Shown here: positions 38,663 through 48,526 of the stretch, in pieces
Numbering within the stretch: the stretch's first letter is position 1
Layout of the letters: each line of letters opens with the position of its first letter
Source of the DNA: Candidatus Limnocylindrales bacterium
GTDB taxonomy: Bacteria > Chloroflexota > Limnocylindria > Limnocylindrales > CSP1-4
Assembly (NCBI GenBank): GCA_049967415.1
Contig: JBMFSS010000007.1
Span: 6,629 to 70,628 of the forward strand
Length of the DNA stretch: 64,000 nt
Reading direction: 5' to 3'
Translations under genes and position numbers: made by a program
Notes under the pieces: generated by a model
The model's input: the letters and a program-made list of their open reading frames with translations, nothing else
Database searches by the model: none
What the model was told of the DNA's origin: nothing

Positions 38663-39549
38663 GCCGCGCCCCCGGAAGGCGTGCTCCAGTCGGACGGCGC
38701 GGCAACGGCGGCCAGGATCGCCAGCCCCTTCAAGGTGAGGTCGGGGTCGATCACGTCGATCCCGGGCAGCTCGTCGATCCAGGGGAGCTGGCTCACGCCG
38801 CCGGTCAGGATGACCCGGACCATCGGTGCGCCCGAAGCGTTGTCCGGGGAGTCCGACGGCGTGCCGCCGCCGCCCTGCGCCGCGCGTGGGACCGCCGGAG
38901 CCCCGCCCCGCATCTCCGCCAGCAACTCCTCCCGGATCCGACCCAGCAGCTCGCGCGCCAGGCCCACCGCCCCGTACACGGCGCCGCTCCGGATGGCGTC
39001 CACCGTGTCCCGCCCGATGGCCCGCGCGGGGCGAAGCGGCTCCACGCGGGGAAGCTGCGCGGTTCGCGCGGCCAGCGCCTCGAGCCCGAGCTCCAGGCCC
39101 GGCGCGATCGCCCCACCCACGAACGCGCCGTCGGCCGCGACCGCGTCCACCGTGGTCGCGGTGCCGAAATCGAGGACCATGGCCGGAGTGCCGTAGAGCC
39201 GGCCCGCCGCGAGGGCGTTGACCAGGCGATCGGCGCCCACTTCACGGGGCTGGCTGACCCGGATGGGCATGGGCATGATCCCTGCAGTGGCTTCGAGCCA
39301 CCGAAGGCCGCGACGGGCCACGGCGCCCGCCAGGGCGCGGCCCACCTGGGGGACCACACAGGCAAGGACCACCCCATCCAGGTCGGCGATCCGGACCGAG
39401 TCCAGCTCCAGCAGGCTCGCGAGCAGCAGTTCCGCCTCGTCCACGGTGGACCGGATCGGAGTGGCCGCGCGCCGGGTCCCGGTGACCTGGCCGTCGCGCA
39501 CCAGGCCCAGGGTGATATTCGTGTTGCCGACGTCGATGGCAAGCAGCAT
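38659..39549 (-). CDS. coaX: type III pantothenate kinase
   Basis: MLLAIDVGNTNITLGL, DRLVNALAA, VLDFGTATTVDAV. ATGA overlap with the coaBC start. Start at the ATG at 39549 (MLLAID); alternative at 39558. Confidence 0.85.
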   Translation of the reverse strand: MLLAIDVGNTNITLGLVRDGQVTGTRRAATPIRSTVDEAELLLASLLELDSVRIADLDGVVLACVVPQVGRALAGAVARRGLRWLEATAGIMPMPIRVSQPREVGADRLVNALAAGRLYGTPAMVLDFGTATTVDAVAADGAFVGGAIAPGLELGLEALAARTAQLPRVEPLRPARAIGRDTVDAIRSGAVYGAVGLARELLGRIREELLAEMRGGAPAVPRAAQGGGGTPSDSPDNASGAPMVRVILTGGVSQLPWIDELPGIDVIDPDLTLKGLAILAAVAAPSDWSTPSGGAA

Positions 39550-39643
39550 CCGGGCCATGATACGCGGCGCTTCCCCACGCCCCTCGCAGGGCTTGCTACC
39601 ATCGTCTGGTCCCCGGCCCTCGGGGCCCACGCTGGAGTCGCAC

Positions 39644-40105
39644 GTGGCCGCCCTTCCGCCCGCCAAGTTCTTCGTCAACCGAGGGGTTGTCGGCAGCCCG
39701 GCCGACCGCTACCACCTGCTGCGCCCGCTGCTGCGACAGACCGTCGCCTACGCGTACCTGCGCGACCGGGAGGTGGTGGCGCACGGGTACGGCCCGGTTG
39801 AGCGCATCGTGATCGACCGGCCGGACGTCTCGAGCTACTTCACGCCACTCTCGGTGTGCATCAACGTGGACTCCTTCGAGTACGTCGAATTCGACACGTA
39901 CGCTGACGGGCTGGTGACGTACGCGCTCGTCCAGGGGAACGAGCGGGTGCTCCTCACGTACGTGCCGGCGGGCGCCGAGACGGACGATCCGATGGCCGGT
40001 CAGCCGACGCTCCGGCTGGCCGATGACGCCTACGTCCAGATGGAGCTGGGTGGGCTTCGCGCTCCCGGGATGGGTGGTGAGCCGGACCGGGACGCGCCGG
40101 GTTGA
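39644..40105 (+). CDS. conserved hypothetical protein
   Basis: GGAG ribosome-binding site then GTG. ...YFTPLSVCINVDSFEYVEFDTYADGLVTYALVQGNERVLLTYVP is non-biased. The upstream 142 codons of the track ORF are antisense to coaX. Confidence 0.4.
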   Translation: MAALPPAKFFVNRGVVGSPADRYHLLRPLLRQTVAYAYLRDREVVAHGYGPVERIVIDRPDVSSYFTPLSVCINVDSFEYVEFDTYADGLVTYALVQGNERVLLTYVPAGAETDDPMAGQPTLRLADDAYVQMELGGLRAPGMGGEPDRDAPG

Positions 40106-40131
40106 CGTCGGCAGCGTGTACCATCCCCGCA

Positions 40132-41442
40132 ATGTTTGAGCGCACCCTGCTGCCGGGCGGGCCGCGCGTCCTCACCGTGCGGCTTCCGGAGGCCCGGTCC
40201 TTCACCGCGGTCGCCATCGTCCGGGCCGGCTCGCGCATGGAATCCCGTGCCGAGTCGGGCATGGCGCACTTCATGGAGCACCTCGCCTTCAAGGGGACCG
40301 CCAGCTGGGCGTCGACCCGGGCGGTCTCGGAGGCCATCGAGGGGATCGGTGGCACCAGCAACGCGGCCACCGACCGCGAGTCCACCACCTACTGGGTGCG
40401 GGTCCCGGCCCGCGACGCCGGGGTCGCGATGCGGATGGTCGGCGAACTGGTCACTCGACCGCTGCTGCGCGAGGAGGACGTCGCCCACGAGCGCACGGTG
40501 GTGATCGAGGAGATCCGCTCCTACCGGGACGACCCCGGCGAGTACGTCTTCAACCTGCTCGACCAGGCGGTTTTTGGCGATACGCCGCTCGGCTGGGAGA
40601 TCGCCGGCGACGAGGAGAGCGTGGCCGGCCTGACGGCCGCCGGACTGCGGGCGTTCTGGGAGCGCTGGTATCGGCCCTCGAACGTGGTGGTGGCCGCGGC
40701 CGGGGATCTGGACCACGAGGCGCTCTGCGCGCTGGCAGCGGACGCGTTCGGTTCGAGCGGGGATGGCGCAGGGGCCGATGGGCCGGGTTCTGAGCCTGCG
40801 GGCCCACCAGCCCGCGGCCGCTTCGAGCCCGCGCCACCGCTCCCATCGCCGGAGCGCGTGCGGGTTGTCAACCGGCCGGGCAGCCAGGCCCACCTGGCCG
40901 TCGCGATCCCGGCCCTGCGCCGCGACGACCCCGAGCAGTGGGCGCTGGAACTGCTGGATACCGTCCTGGGCGAGGGGATGAGCAGCCGCCTGTTTCTCCA
41001 CCTGCGCGAGGAGTCCGGACTCGCGTACGACGTGCATTCATTCATTTCGGACTATGCCGACTGCGGCATGCTCGGGGTGTACGCCGGCGTCGATCCGCAT
41101 CTCCTGGACCGTGCCCTTGACGGGATCCTGGCCGAGCTGTCGGCGCTCCGCGAGCACCTGGTTCCCGACGCCGAGCTGGCGCGCGCCAAGGCCTATGCCT
41201 GCGGGCGCCTGGAGCTTCGGCTGGAGGAAGGGCACAACCTGGCGTCGTGGCTGGGTGCGCAGGAGGCCCTGCACGAACAAACGCTGACGCTGGAGGAGGC
41301 GATTGAGGCGATCCGGGCGGTCGACGCGGCGCAGATCATGGCGCTGGCGGGTCGGCTGTTCCGGGAGGAGGCGCTCTCGCTGGCGGTCATCGCGCCCGGC
41401 AGGCGTGGACGGGCGCTGGAAGGGCGGCTGCGGCTGCGATGA
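40132..41442 (+). CDS. M16 family (pitrilysin/insulinase-like) zinc metallopeptidase
   Basis: Inverted zincin motif HFMEHLAFKGT (HxxEH) plus the downstream Glu (EEIRSYRDD). Confidence 0.85.
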   Translation: MFERTLLPGGPRVLTVRLPEARSFTAVAIVRAGSRMESRAESGMAHFMEHLAFKGTASWASTRAVSEAIEGIGGTSNAATDRESTTYWVRVPARDAGVAMRMVGELVTRPLLREEDVAHERTVVIEEIRSYRDDPGEYVFNLLDQAVFGDTPLGWEIAGDEESVAGLTAAGLRAFWERWYRPSNVVVAAAGDLDHEALCALAADAFGSSGDGAGADGPGSEPAGPPARGRFEPAPPLPSPERVRVVNRPGSQAHLAVAIPALRRDDPEQWALELLDTVLGEGMSSRLFLHLREESGLAYDVHSFISDYADCGMLGVYAGVDPHLLDRALDGILAELSALREHLVPDAELARAKAYACGRLELRLEEGHNLASWLGAQEALHEQTLTLEEAIEAIRAVDAAQIMALAGRLFREEALSLAVIAPGRRGRALEGRLRLR

Positions 41443-41452
41443 CGCTGCGGTG

Positions 41453-42721
41453 ATGGACGACTTCGGGGGCGACCGTCCGGCGAGCGCCGCGCCGCGGCTG
41501 GCTGACGGGCGCGATGCCGGCTCGGGGGCGCTGACTCCATCGGTGGACCGGGCGGGTCTGGTGGCGGTGGGGCCCGGGCGTCGCCCGCTGGATGGCGCGC
41601 CGGACGCGGAGGACGGGCTGGTGGCGGGGCTCGGCGCGGAAGGCGAGCGTCCGCCCGGCGTTGCACCGTCGTCAGGCGTGGCGCCTGCAACGGACGGCGG
41701 CCAGCCAGGCGAAGCGGCGCTCCCGCCGGAAGGAGAGCGTCCACCGGAGGACGCAACGCTGTCGCCTGAGATCACACCGCCTGGCGCGGCAGCGCCGCCG
41801 CAGATCACGCCGTTGGGTGACATGGCTCCCCCGCTCGGGCCGGAGCCGGAGCCTCCCGTGGGTCCCGGGGTGGCCCCGGAGGTCGCGGAGCCGGAGCCTC
41901 CCATGAGCTCCGGGGTGGCCCCGGATCGCGCGGTGGCGGTGGCGCCCGTGACGGCGCCACCGCCTCTGGCAGCACGTGCCGCGCGCACCGAAGCCCGGCT
42001 TGCCCATCTCCACCTGCAGGCCCGGATGTTGGCCCTCGCCCGAGCCGAACTCGAAACCCTGGCCGCCCTCGATGCGCTCGACGTCCCCGCGCTCTCGGAC
42101 CTGGCCGAGGTGCGCTGGCGCACCGGTGACCTCGTGGGGGCTGGCCAGGCCGCGGAGGCGCACCTCGAGGCGGGTGGTGAGGAACTGGTGGCCATGTGCG
42201 TGGCGGCCGAGGCCGCGACCGCCATGGGCCGCACCGCCGAGGCGCGGGAGCTTGCGGCGCGTGTGCTGGCTCGTGGGCGCGAACGTGTGGACGAGCTGTT
42301 CGCGGGCCAGGCGCGAAGCGCCGTGTGGCCCCGCGACGTCTTCTCCCCCGGTCCGCTCACGGCGGCTCCGGCAGCCGCCGGTGACGGATCCACGGCGGTG
42401 ACGCCGGTTGCGTCCCGTCTCGCAGCCGTCGCATCCGGCGACTTGGCGGACGTGCAGGCGCACATCGCACGGGGCGAGATGTCCGGGACCGGGACCCGCC
42501 TGGCGCTGGTCCTGCGGGACCGCCCGGCGCTTGCGCCGGCGGTGCTCGCGGTCGCCGACGAGGCCCTGCCGCTGGCTCCCAGCGGCGCCGAGGTGGCGTC
42601 GCTCCACCTGGCGCGCGGCGACGCATACCGCCTCATGGGCCGCGAAACGGAGGCCGCCGAGGCGTTCTGGCAGTCCAGCAAGGCGCTGCATGGCGCCGTC
42701 AATCGCGAGGAGACCCAATGA
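41453..42721 (+). CDS. Pro/Ala-rich repetitive hypothetical protein with Ala-rich helical C-terminal half
   Basis: Begins just after the M16 peptidase stop. Its stop overlaps the ndk ATG. Internal repeats PEPEPPVGPGVAPE / PEPPMSSGVAPD. Confidence 0.45.
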   Translation: MDDFGGDRPASAAPRLADGRDAGSGALTPSVDRAGLVAVGPGRRPLDGAPDAEDGLVAGLGAEGERPPGVAPSSGVAPATDGGQPGEAALPPEGERPPEDATLSPEITPPGAAAPPQITPLGDMAPPLGPEPEPPVGPGVAPEVAEPEPPMSSGVAPDRAVAVAPVTAPPPLAARAARTEARLAHLHLQARMLALARAELETLAALDALDVPALSDLAEVRWRTGDLVGAGQAAEAHLEAGGEELVAMCVAAEAATAMGRTAEARELAARVLARGRERVDELFAGQARSAVWPRDVFSPGPLTAAPAAAGDGSTAVTPVASRLAAVASGDLADVQAHIARGEMSGTGTRLALVLRDRPALAPAVLAVADEALPLAPSGAEVASLHLARGDAYRLMGRETEAAEAFWQSSKALHGAVNREETQ

Positions 42722-43182
42722 GCGAACGCACCCTGGTTCTGGTCAAGCCGGACGGTGTCCAGCGCCTGCTGGTGGGCCGCATCCTCGCGCGGTACGAGGA
42801 GCGCGGGCTCAAGATCGTCGGTCTGAAACTGGTCCAGGTCGATCGCGAGCTCGCGGAGCGTCACTACGCGGTGCATCGCGACAAACCCTTCTTCGCCGGT
42901 CTGGTGGACTTCATCACGTCGGGACCGTTGGTGGCACTCGCGCTCGAGGGCCCGGACGCGGTCGCGCTGGTTCGGGCCATGAACGGGGCGACGCGACCTG
43001 GGCAGGCCGATCCGGGCACGGTCCGTGGTGACCTTGCCCTGGAGACCGCGCAGAACCTGGTGCACGCGTCGGATAGCCCCGAAACGGCTCGGACGGAGCT
43101 CGAGCTCTGGTTTCGGGAGGCAGAGCTGGTGGAGTACACCCGCGACATCGACCGCTGGGTGCTGGCGCCCGGCGACTCCTGA
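42718..43182 (+). CDS. ndk: nucleoside diphosphate kinase
   Basis: MSERTLVLVKPDGVQR...NLVHASDS (active His). Confidence 0.95.
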   Translation: MSERTLVLVKPDGVQRLLVGRILARYEERGLKIVGLKLVQVDRELAERHYAVHRDKPFFAGLVDFITSGPLVALALEGPDAVALVRAMNGATRPGQADPGTVRGDLALETAQNLVHASDSPETARTELELWFREAELVEYTRDIDRWVLAPGDS

Positions 43183-43192
43183 ACCGCCGCTC

Positions 43193-44803
43193 TCAGTCGA
43201 CCGCGACCGGCGCCCCGCCCACCGTCAGGGAAACCGCTACCGCCAGCAGCCCCGCGAGGAGCGCGGCCGTCGCTGCCAGGAGCGCGCCATTCGCGACCAG
43301 CGTGGCCGCCGTTCGTTCCACGGCTGCGCGCGTCCTGGAACCAGCGACAGCGCGACGGGGGCCCAGTTCCGGCCGTGTGGTCGAGGATCTCGACGACGGG
43401 AGCCCGGGAGCGGCGCGCGCGATGCGTTCCCCCCGCCCGGCCTGGACGGTCGCGGTGGGCCGCTGCAGGCCGATCCACGCGAGCCGCAGAAAGGGCAGGA
43501 GCCCCAGCCAGGCCGCCGCGAGGGCCAGGATCTCGAAGGATCCTCCGCCGGCCCGGGCGAGTGACGCGCGGAGGGCGAAAATCCCCCAGCCGGGGAGACC
43601 GAAGGTGGCCAGCGCGACCGCCACCAGCCCAAGGGCCAGCACGGGCGCGCGCCGGGCCCACCCCCCGAGATCGGCCACCCTTGAGGTCCCCCATGCCGCA
43701 GCACAGGCGGCGATCCAGGCCGTGAACGCGGTGCGAGCCAGCGCGTTGGCCGGGAGCCACGAGCTGGCGGCAGCGGCGCCGGCCGGATCGGCCGCCGACA
43801 GCGCCAGGAGTGCCAGTCCTGCGTCCGAGATGAGCACGTAGGCGAGGACGTGCCGGAGGTCGTCGTGCAGCCAGGCGACGATGGCGCCGCCCGCGATGGA
43901 GACGAGCGCCACCGCCAGGATCAGGAGCCGCACTCCGCCGACCAGCGAGGCATCGCCGGCCGCGCCCAGCGCCACCGCCGGCGCAAAGAGGCGCTGCTCC
44001 CAGGCGATCACCCCCAGCGCGAACACCGTCGGCAGCCAGACCGCCCGCGCGCCGACCAGCGCGAGCGGGCCGGTGACTGCCGCCCGCGCGGCCACCGAGT
44101 GGACGGGGATCGCGCCCATGAAGAGGGCGAGTGCACCTGCGCCGAGCAGGAGTGCCGCTGCCGCGCCCGCCGGGTCCGGGGCCACCGGGCCGGAGGGTCC
44201 CAACAACCAGGCCGCGCCCACGATGCCGAGCGCCCCGGCCACCGTCGTGATGCGGAGCAGGCGGCCGGCCGTCCCCGCCGCAGGCGTCTCCTGCCCGCTT
44301 CCGGAGCCGGAGACCACCAGCGGCGCCAGCAGCGCGGCGGTGGCCACCACGATCGCGATGACGAGCGGGGGACCGGCTGTGCCGGCCACCTGGAACTGCG
44401 CATTGCTGCCGGATGGCGGCGTCATCAGCGATCCGTTCAGCGCCGCCAGGCTCGCCGCCACGGCCGCCAGCGCGAGCGCCGGGGCCGCTGCGACCCTGGG
44501 CTCGAGCGGCGTCGCGCGGGGTCGCGCGGGCGACGGACGGCCCGTCTGCGCGGCTGAGAGCCCCGAGACTGCCACCAGCAGGAGCGAGATCGCGCTGACC
44601 GCGGTGATCTGGGCGCCGCGCGGTACGAGGGCAAATGTCGCGCCGCCCAGAGTCAGGGTGGACAGAGAGGGCTCCCATGCTGCGGCAAGCGCGCAGGCGG
44701 CGAGCCCGACCAGGGCGACGAACGTGGCGGTCCAGCCCCGGCGGGCGTTCGAGGCGACCAGCGCCACGAGGAGCGCGATCGCCACCACGATCGCCGCGCT
44801 CAT
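43193..44803 (-). CDS. NuoN/MnhD-like (complex I antiporter-like subunit family) polytopic membrane protein, divergent
   Basis: About 14 TM helices. LRHVLAYVLISDAGLALLALSAA resembles the conserved K/RxLAYSSIxHxG helix of NuoL/M/N-MrpA/D proteins. Confidence 0.55.
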   Translation of the reverse strand: MSAAIVVAIALLVALVASNARRGWTATFVALVGLAACALAAAWEPSLSTLTLGGATFALVPRGAQITAVSAISLLLVAVSGLSAAQTGRPSPARPRATPLEPRVAAAPALALAAVAASLAALNGSLMTPPSGSNAQFQVAGTAGPPLVIAIVVATAALLAPLVVSGSGSGQETPAAGTAGRLLRITTVAGALGIVGAAWLLGPSGPVAPDPAGAAAALLLGAGALALFMGAIPVHSVAARAAVTGPLALVGARAVWLPTVFALGVIAWEQRLFAPAVALGAAGDASLVGGVRLLILAVALVSIAGGAIVAWLHDDLRHVLAYVLISDAGLALLALSAADPAGAAAASSWLPANALARTAFTAWIAACAAAWGTSRVADLGGWARRAPVLALGLVAVALATFGLPGWGIFALRASLARAGGGSFEILALAAAWLGLLPFLRLAWIGLQRPTATVQAGRGERIARAAPGLPSSRSSTTRPELGPRRAVAGSRTRAAVERTAATLVANGALLAATAALLAGLLAVAVSLTVGGAPVAVD

Positions 44804-45447
44804 GATCCTGGACCAGGCTTGATCGGCCCCCCAAAGTCGGGGCGGCGGGATTCCGGGTCCGGGCCGACCCGGGCCGACCGCTCTGTTTCCTGGACCAGCA
44901 CCTCGCGGGCTGCCTCCGCCGCGCCCAGGATCGCGAGCGCCAGGGCCGCGATCTCGGCCTGCCCGGGGTTGCCGGTGAATGCAGTCGCGATCAGGCCGGC
45001 GGCGTCGAGGACCAGGATGGCGCCGACGCCGGCCCGGAGCGTGTCACGACTGAAGAGCAGCAGGGGAAGCGATGCGGCTCCCACGGCGACCCCGGCCGCC
45101 AGCGCGCTCGCCGGTCCCCGTGACGGCCCCAGCGCCGGCGCGACCAGCCAGCCGGCCACAAGTCCAAACGCGACGAAGGCGATCTCGGTCCACCCTGCCA
45201 GCGGGAGTGGCGCGAGCAGGGATGGCGTGGCCCGCGTGCCGAGCAACAGCAGGTACGTGGCCAGGAGCGCGCCGGTCAACCAGAACGCGAGCGGCAGGGC
45301 CGGCGGCAGCGAGGGAAGAGCGAGTGGCGAGAGCACCAGAGTCGCCGCCAAGCCCAGGATTGCGGCATGTGCGGTGCGCGCCCGGAGGACTTCAGCCGCC
45401 GCAACGGCCGTGACGATCGCCCCGGCCGCGGCCAGCGCGGGCTCCAC
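44800..45447 (-). CDS. hypothetical polytopic membrane protein, translationally coupled to the NuoN-like gene
   Basis: 215-aa ORF with 5-6 TM helices. ATGA overlap with the downstream gene. Confidence 0.45.
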   Translation of the reverse strand: MEPALAAAGAIVTAVAAAEVLRARTAHAAILGLAATLVLSPLALPSLPPALPLAFWLTGALLATYLLLLGTRATPSLLAPLPLAGWTEIAFVAFGLVAGWLVAPALGPSRGPASALAAGVAVGAASLPLLLFSRDTLRAGVGAILVLDAAGLIATAFTGNPGQAEIAALALAILGAAEAAREVLVQETERSARVGPDPESRRPDFGGPIKPGPGS

Positions 45448-45460
45448 GGCCGAGCCGGCT

Positions 45461-46290
45461 TCAGGCCGCCCGCGCGAGGGCCGCCCTGCGCGAGGCCGCC
45501 GGCGCGGGATCCCGTTCCGGGAAGGAGGCGGGGCTCGCGGAGTCAGACAGCCCAGCCGGAAGGGCCGAGACGGGCGAGAGGAGCCGTCCCGTGCGAGTGG
45601 CGGACGCGGCCGCGCCGCTCCCGCCGGCCGCGCCGCCCGGCAGGTTGGCGCCGCTCCCCGGGTCTGCGCCGCCCGGCAGGTTGGCGCCGCCGTGGACCAA
45701 CCCGGAGGGCGGGATGGAGGGCAGCAGGAGCGGACTCAGGTCCGGGTAGGTGGGCGTGGCAATGACCTCGAAGTCACCCAGCGGCCAGTAGCGCAGCCAG
45801 GCTCGGCCAATCACGTTCTTGAGAGGCACGGGCCCAAAGACCCGCGAGTCGGTGGAGTTCTCCCGGTGGTCGCCGAGCACGAAGAGGGTTCCCTGGGGCA
45901 CCACCCAGTGATCCTGGCCGCTCAGCGGTTCGGTGGTCTGTCCTGGGTAGACGTACGGCTCGCTGATCTCCTGGCCGTTGATCACAACGTGCCCGTTGCG
46001 CAGATCCACGATATCGCCGGGCAGGCCGATGACGCGCTTGATGTAGGGCGTTGTTCCCGCCGGCTGCCCAGGCGGCGTGAACACCACGATGTCTCCGCGC
46101 TGGTATCCATCGAAGCGCGGGGTGAGCTTGTCCACCAGCACGTACTGATTGGGCAGCAGGGTGTTCTCCATGCTCTGCTGCTCAACCTGGTACGGCTGGG
46201 CGATGAAGGTCTGGATGACCAGGAAAATGATCAGGGTGAGGACGAGGGTCTCGACCGCCTCCAGCAGGCAGCCGCGTACACGCTGGGTCA
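45461..46290 (-). CDS. lepB: signal peptidase I with low-complexity C-terminal tail
   Basis: TM anchor TLVLTLIIFLVIQTF, catalytic Ser box SMENTL, Lys box (KRVIGLPGD), GDHRENSTDSR. GTG start at 46290 chosen just before the anchor. Confidence 0.8.
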
Positions 46291-46415
46291 CGCGGGACGG
46301 ACGTCTCGGATCACAAGGCGGGAGTATAGGGCCAAGCGGCGCATGCAGCGGGGGACGGTCCGGGGGGCCGCACGTCCGTGCCGTGGTAACGTCATGGACA
46401 GTGTCACGGTTGTCA

Positions 46416-48425
46416 GTGTCACGCCGCACCGCCGAGCTCATCGGACGCATCGTCGCCATCGCGGCGCTCCTGTTGATCCTGGCGAATGCGACGCTGGTGG
46501 ATCGGGTCCCGCCCGCCGTCCAGTCGATCTCCCTCGGGCGCACCAACGGCGACCCGCACATCGGTCTGACCCACAGCACGGTCGACGTGGAGTTCACCAA
46601 GGCGGTCGACCCGGCGTCCGCGCAGCTGCACTTCGGAATCGTTCCCGCCGTGCAGGGCAGCTTTACGTGGGACGGTGGCCGGACCATGATCTTCACGCCC
46701 GCCCAGAAGCTCCCTGTGGCCACTCGGTTCACCGTGACCGTCTCGCCCGGGTTCCGGGATGTCCACGGCAACGTTTCCGACCAGGGGGCGGTCACGTTCG
46801 CGTTCCAGACCGTGACGCTGCCCTCGCTGGCCTCGAGCGACCCGGCCGCGGGTGCCTCCGGCGTGCCCGTGAACGCGGCCATCAGCCTGACCTTTGATCG
46901 ATTGATGGACGTGGGGACCACGCAGGCTGCGATCGGCCTCACCCCTTCGCTGCCGTTCCGCACGACCTGGAGCGGTCCCACCGTCACCATCACCCCCCTC
47001 CTGCCGTTGGCGTACGGGACCAGCTACGTCGTGACGGTGGCCGGAGGGGCAACGGACACGGACGGCAACTCGCTGCCGGCGCCCGCTTCCGTCCAGTTCA
47101 CGACCGTGGCGGCCGGTCTTGGGCTGTCGCAGGTGGTGCCGGCCGACGGCTCCGCGGGCGCGCCGGTCAATGGGCCCATCGCCATGCAGTTTGATGGCCC
47201 GGTCGACCCGTCCAGCGTGTCCGGCAAGCTGACCGTCACGCCTCCCGCGCCGGGCGATCTGCGGGTGGAGGCGCCTCCGGACGACGTGCCTGGCGAGACG
47301 CCCGCGGCCAGCGTGCTGGTGTACCAGCCGGCGTCGCCGCTCGCGCCCCACACCACCTACACCGTCCAGTTACAGCCCGGCATCGCGCGGGCAGGCAACC
47401 CGCAGGAGGTGGCCGGCGGGCGGACGTGGTCCTTCACAACGGGCGCGCCGACCGATTCGCTGCAGAACCAGATCCTGTTCCTCTCATCCCGGACCGGGGT
47501 CTCGAACCTGTGGGCCATGAACCCCGATGGCAGCAACCCCCGGCAGCTCACCGACGAACTGGTGCCGGTCACCGCCTACGACGCCACCGCCGACGGCAGG
47601 CGGGTGGTCTATGCGGCAGGCGGGCTGGTCAAGACGTTCCGCCTGGGGGACGCCAACCCCACCCTGCTGACCCCGAACGACGCCTTCGACTATGCCCCCC
47701 GACTGCTCCCCGACGGATCCGCGGTGATCGTGGGGAGGCGGGACCGGCTCGATGGTGCGGACCAGGGGATCTGGTTGCTCCCCATCGACTCGGGGCAATC
47801 CCCGCGACAGCTGCTGCCGAGCGGGGCGCCCCCCACCGGCTCGATACGGGTGGCCCCCGGGGGCGTCGACGGTCTTGTGCCGGGCCCCTGGACCACCGTG
47901 GCGGCCGTCTCGTCGGACGGGAGCGTGGCCCTGCTGCGGAGTTCCGGCGGGGAGATCAGCCGGGTTGCCCTCGCCAGCGGCAGTGTCACACCCACCGGAC
48001 TGCGAAACCCCGCCGGCCCCATGCGCTGGTCGGACCGCGAGGGGGGCTTCGTGGTGGAGGCGACCGCGGATTCGGGGGGTGCTCCTGGGCCCTGGAGGGT
48101 GCCGCTGGTGGGACGAATCGTCCCTCTGCCCCGCGGCGGGCCCTGGCTGGATGCGTCGGCGCGGGGCGACCTGGTCTGGCTGGGCGGAACAGGCAGCCAG
48201 CACGCCACGCTGGAATCGTCCGCCGGAGGCGCCCCCGTGACGTTGACCGCAGCGGCTGACCTGGCCGATCGGCAACCCTCGTTCTCGCCGGCCGGCGATC
48301 TGGTGGTGTTCGTGCGGATCCCGGTCTCCGGCGGCCCCAGCGCCGGGATCTGGCTGGTCCGCACCGACGGCCTGGAGCTGCGCCAGCTTTCCGCCGACGG
48401 TTCCGATCCCGGCTGGCTGCCGTAG
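46416..48425 (+). CDS. secreted/anchored protein with tandem Ig-like (SbsA/BIG-type) domains and a C-terminal TolB-like beta-propeller
   Basis: GTG start then signal-anchor RIVAIAALLLILANA. Repeated blocks (PAAGASGVPVNAAISLTFD..., ADGSAGAPVNGPIAMQFD...). C-terminal ILFLSSRTGVSNLWAMNPDGSNPRQLT PD40-like repeats. Confidence 0.7.
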   Translation: MSRRTAELIGRIVAIAALLLILANATLVDRVPPAVQSISLGRTNGDPHIGLTHSTVDVEFTKAVDPASAQLHFGIVPAVQGSFTWDGGRTMIFTPAQKLPVATRFTVTVSPGFRDVHGNVSDQGAVTFAFQTVTLPSLASSDPAAGASGVPVNAAISLTFDRLMDVGTTQAAIGLTPSLPFRTTWSGPTVTITPLLPLAYGTSYVVTVAGGATDTDGNSLPAPASVQFTTVAAGLGLSQVVPADGSAGAPVNGPIAMQFDGPVDPSSVSGKLTVTPPAPGDLRVEAPPDDVPGETPAASVLVYQPASPLAPHTTYTVQLQPGIARAGNPQEVAGGRTWSFTTGAPTDSLQNQILFLSSRTGVSNLWAMNPDGSNPRQLTDELVPVTAYDATADGRRVVYAAGGLVKTFRLGDANPTLLTPNDAFDYAPRLLPDGSAVIVGRRDRLDGADQGIWLLPIDSGQSPRQLLPSGAPPTGSIRVAPGGVDGLVPGPWTTVAAVSSDGSVALLRSSGGEISRVALASGSVTPTGLRNPAGPMRWSDREGGFVVEATADSGGAPGPWRVPLVGRIVPLPRGGPWLDASARGDLVWLGGTGSQHATLESSAGGAPVTLTAAADLADRQPSFSPAGDLVVFVRIPVSGGPSAGIWLVRTDGLELRQLSADGSDPGWLP

Positions 48426-48526
48426 CCGGGCGGAGAGCGCATGCTACACTCGCGATTGCCGATAAGCTGCGTGCTTGCCCCGCCCGCCGCGGGGCACTTT
48501 CCTTGTTCGAGGGAGGCGTGTCTGAC

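Noticed and set aside
36441-38705. 754-aa minus-strand ORF
   Set aside because: It is a frame artefact spanning panB (C-terminal 302 aa, real) and an out-of-frame antisense-like extension across coaBC. The real coaBC is the separate 37349..38662 ORF.
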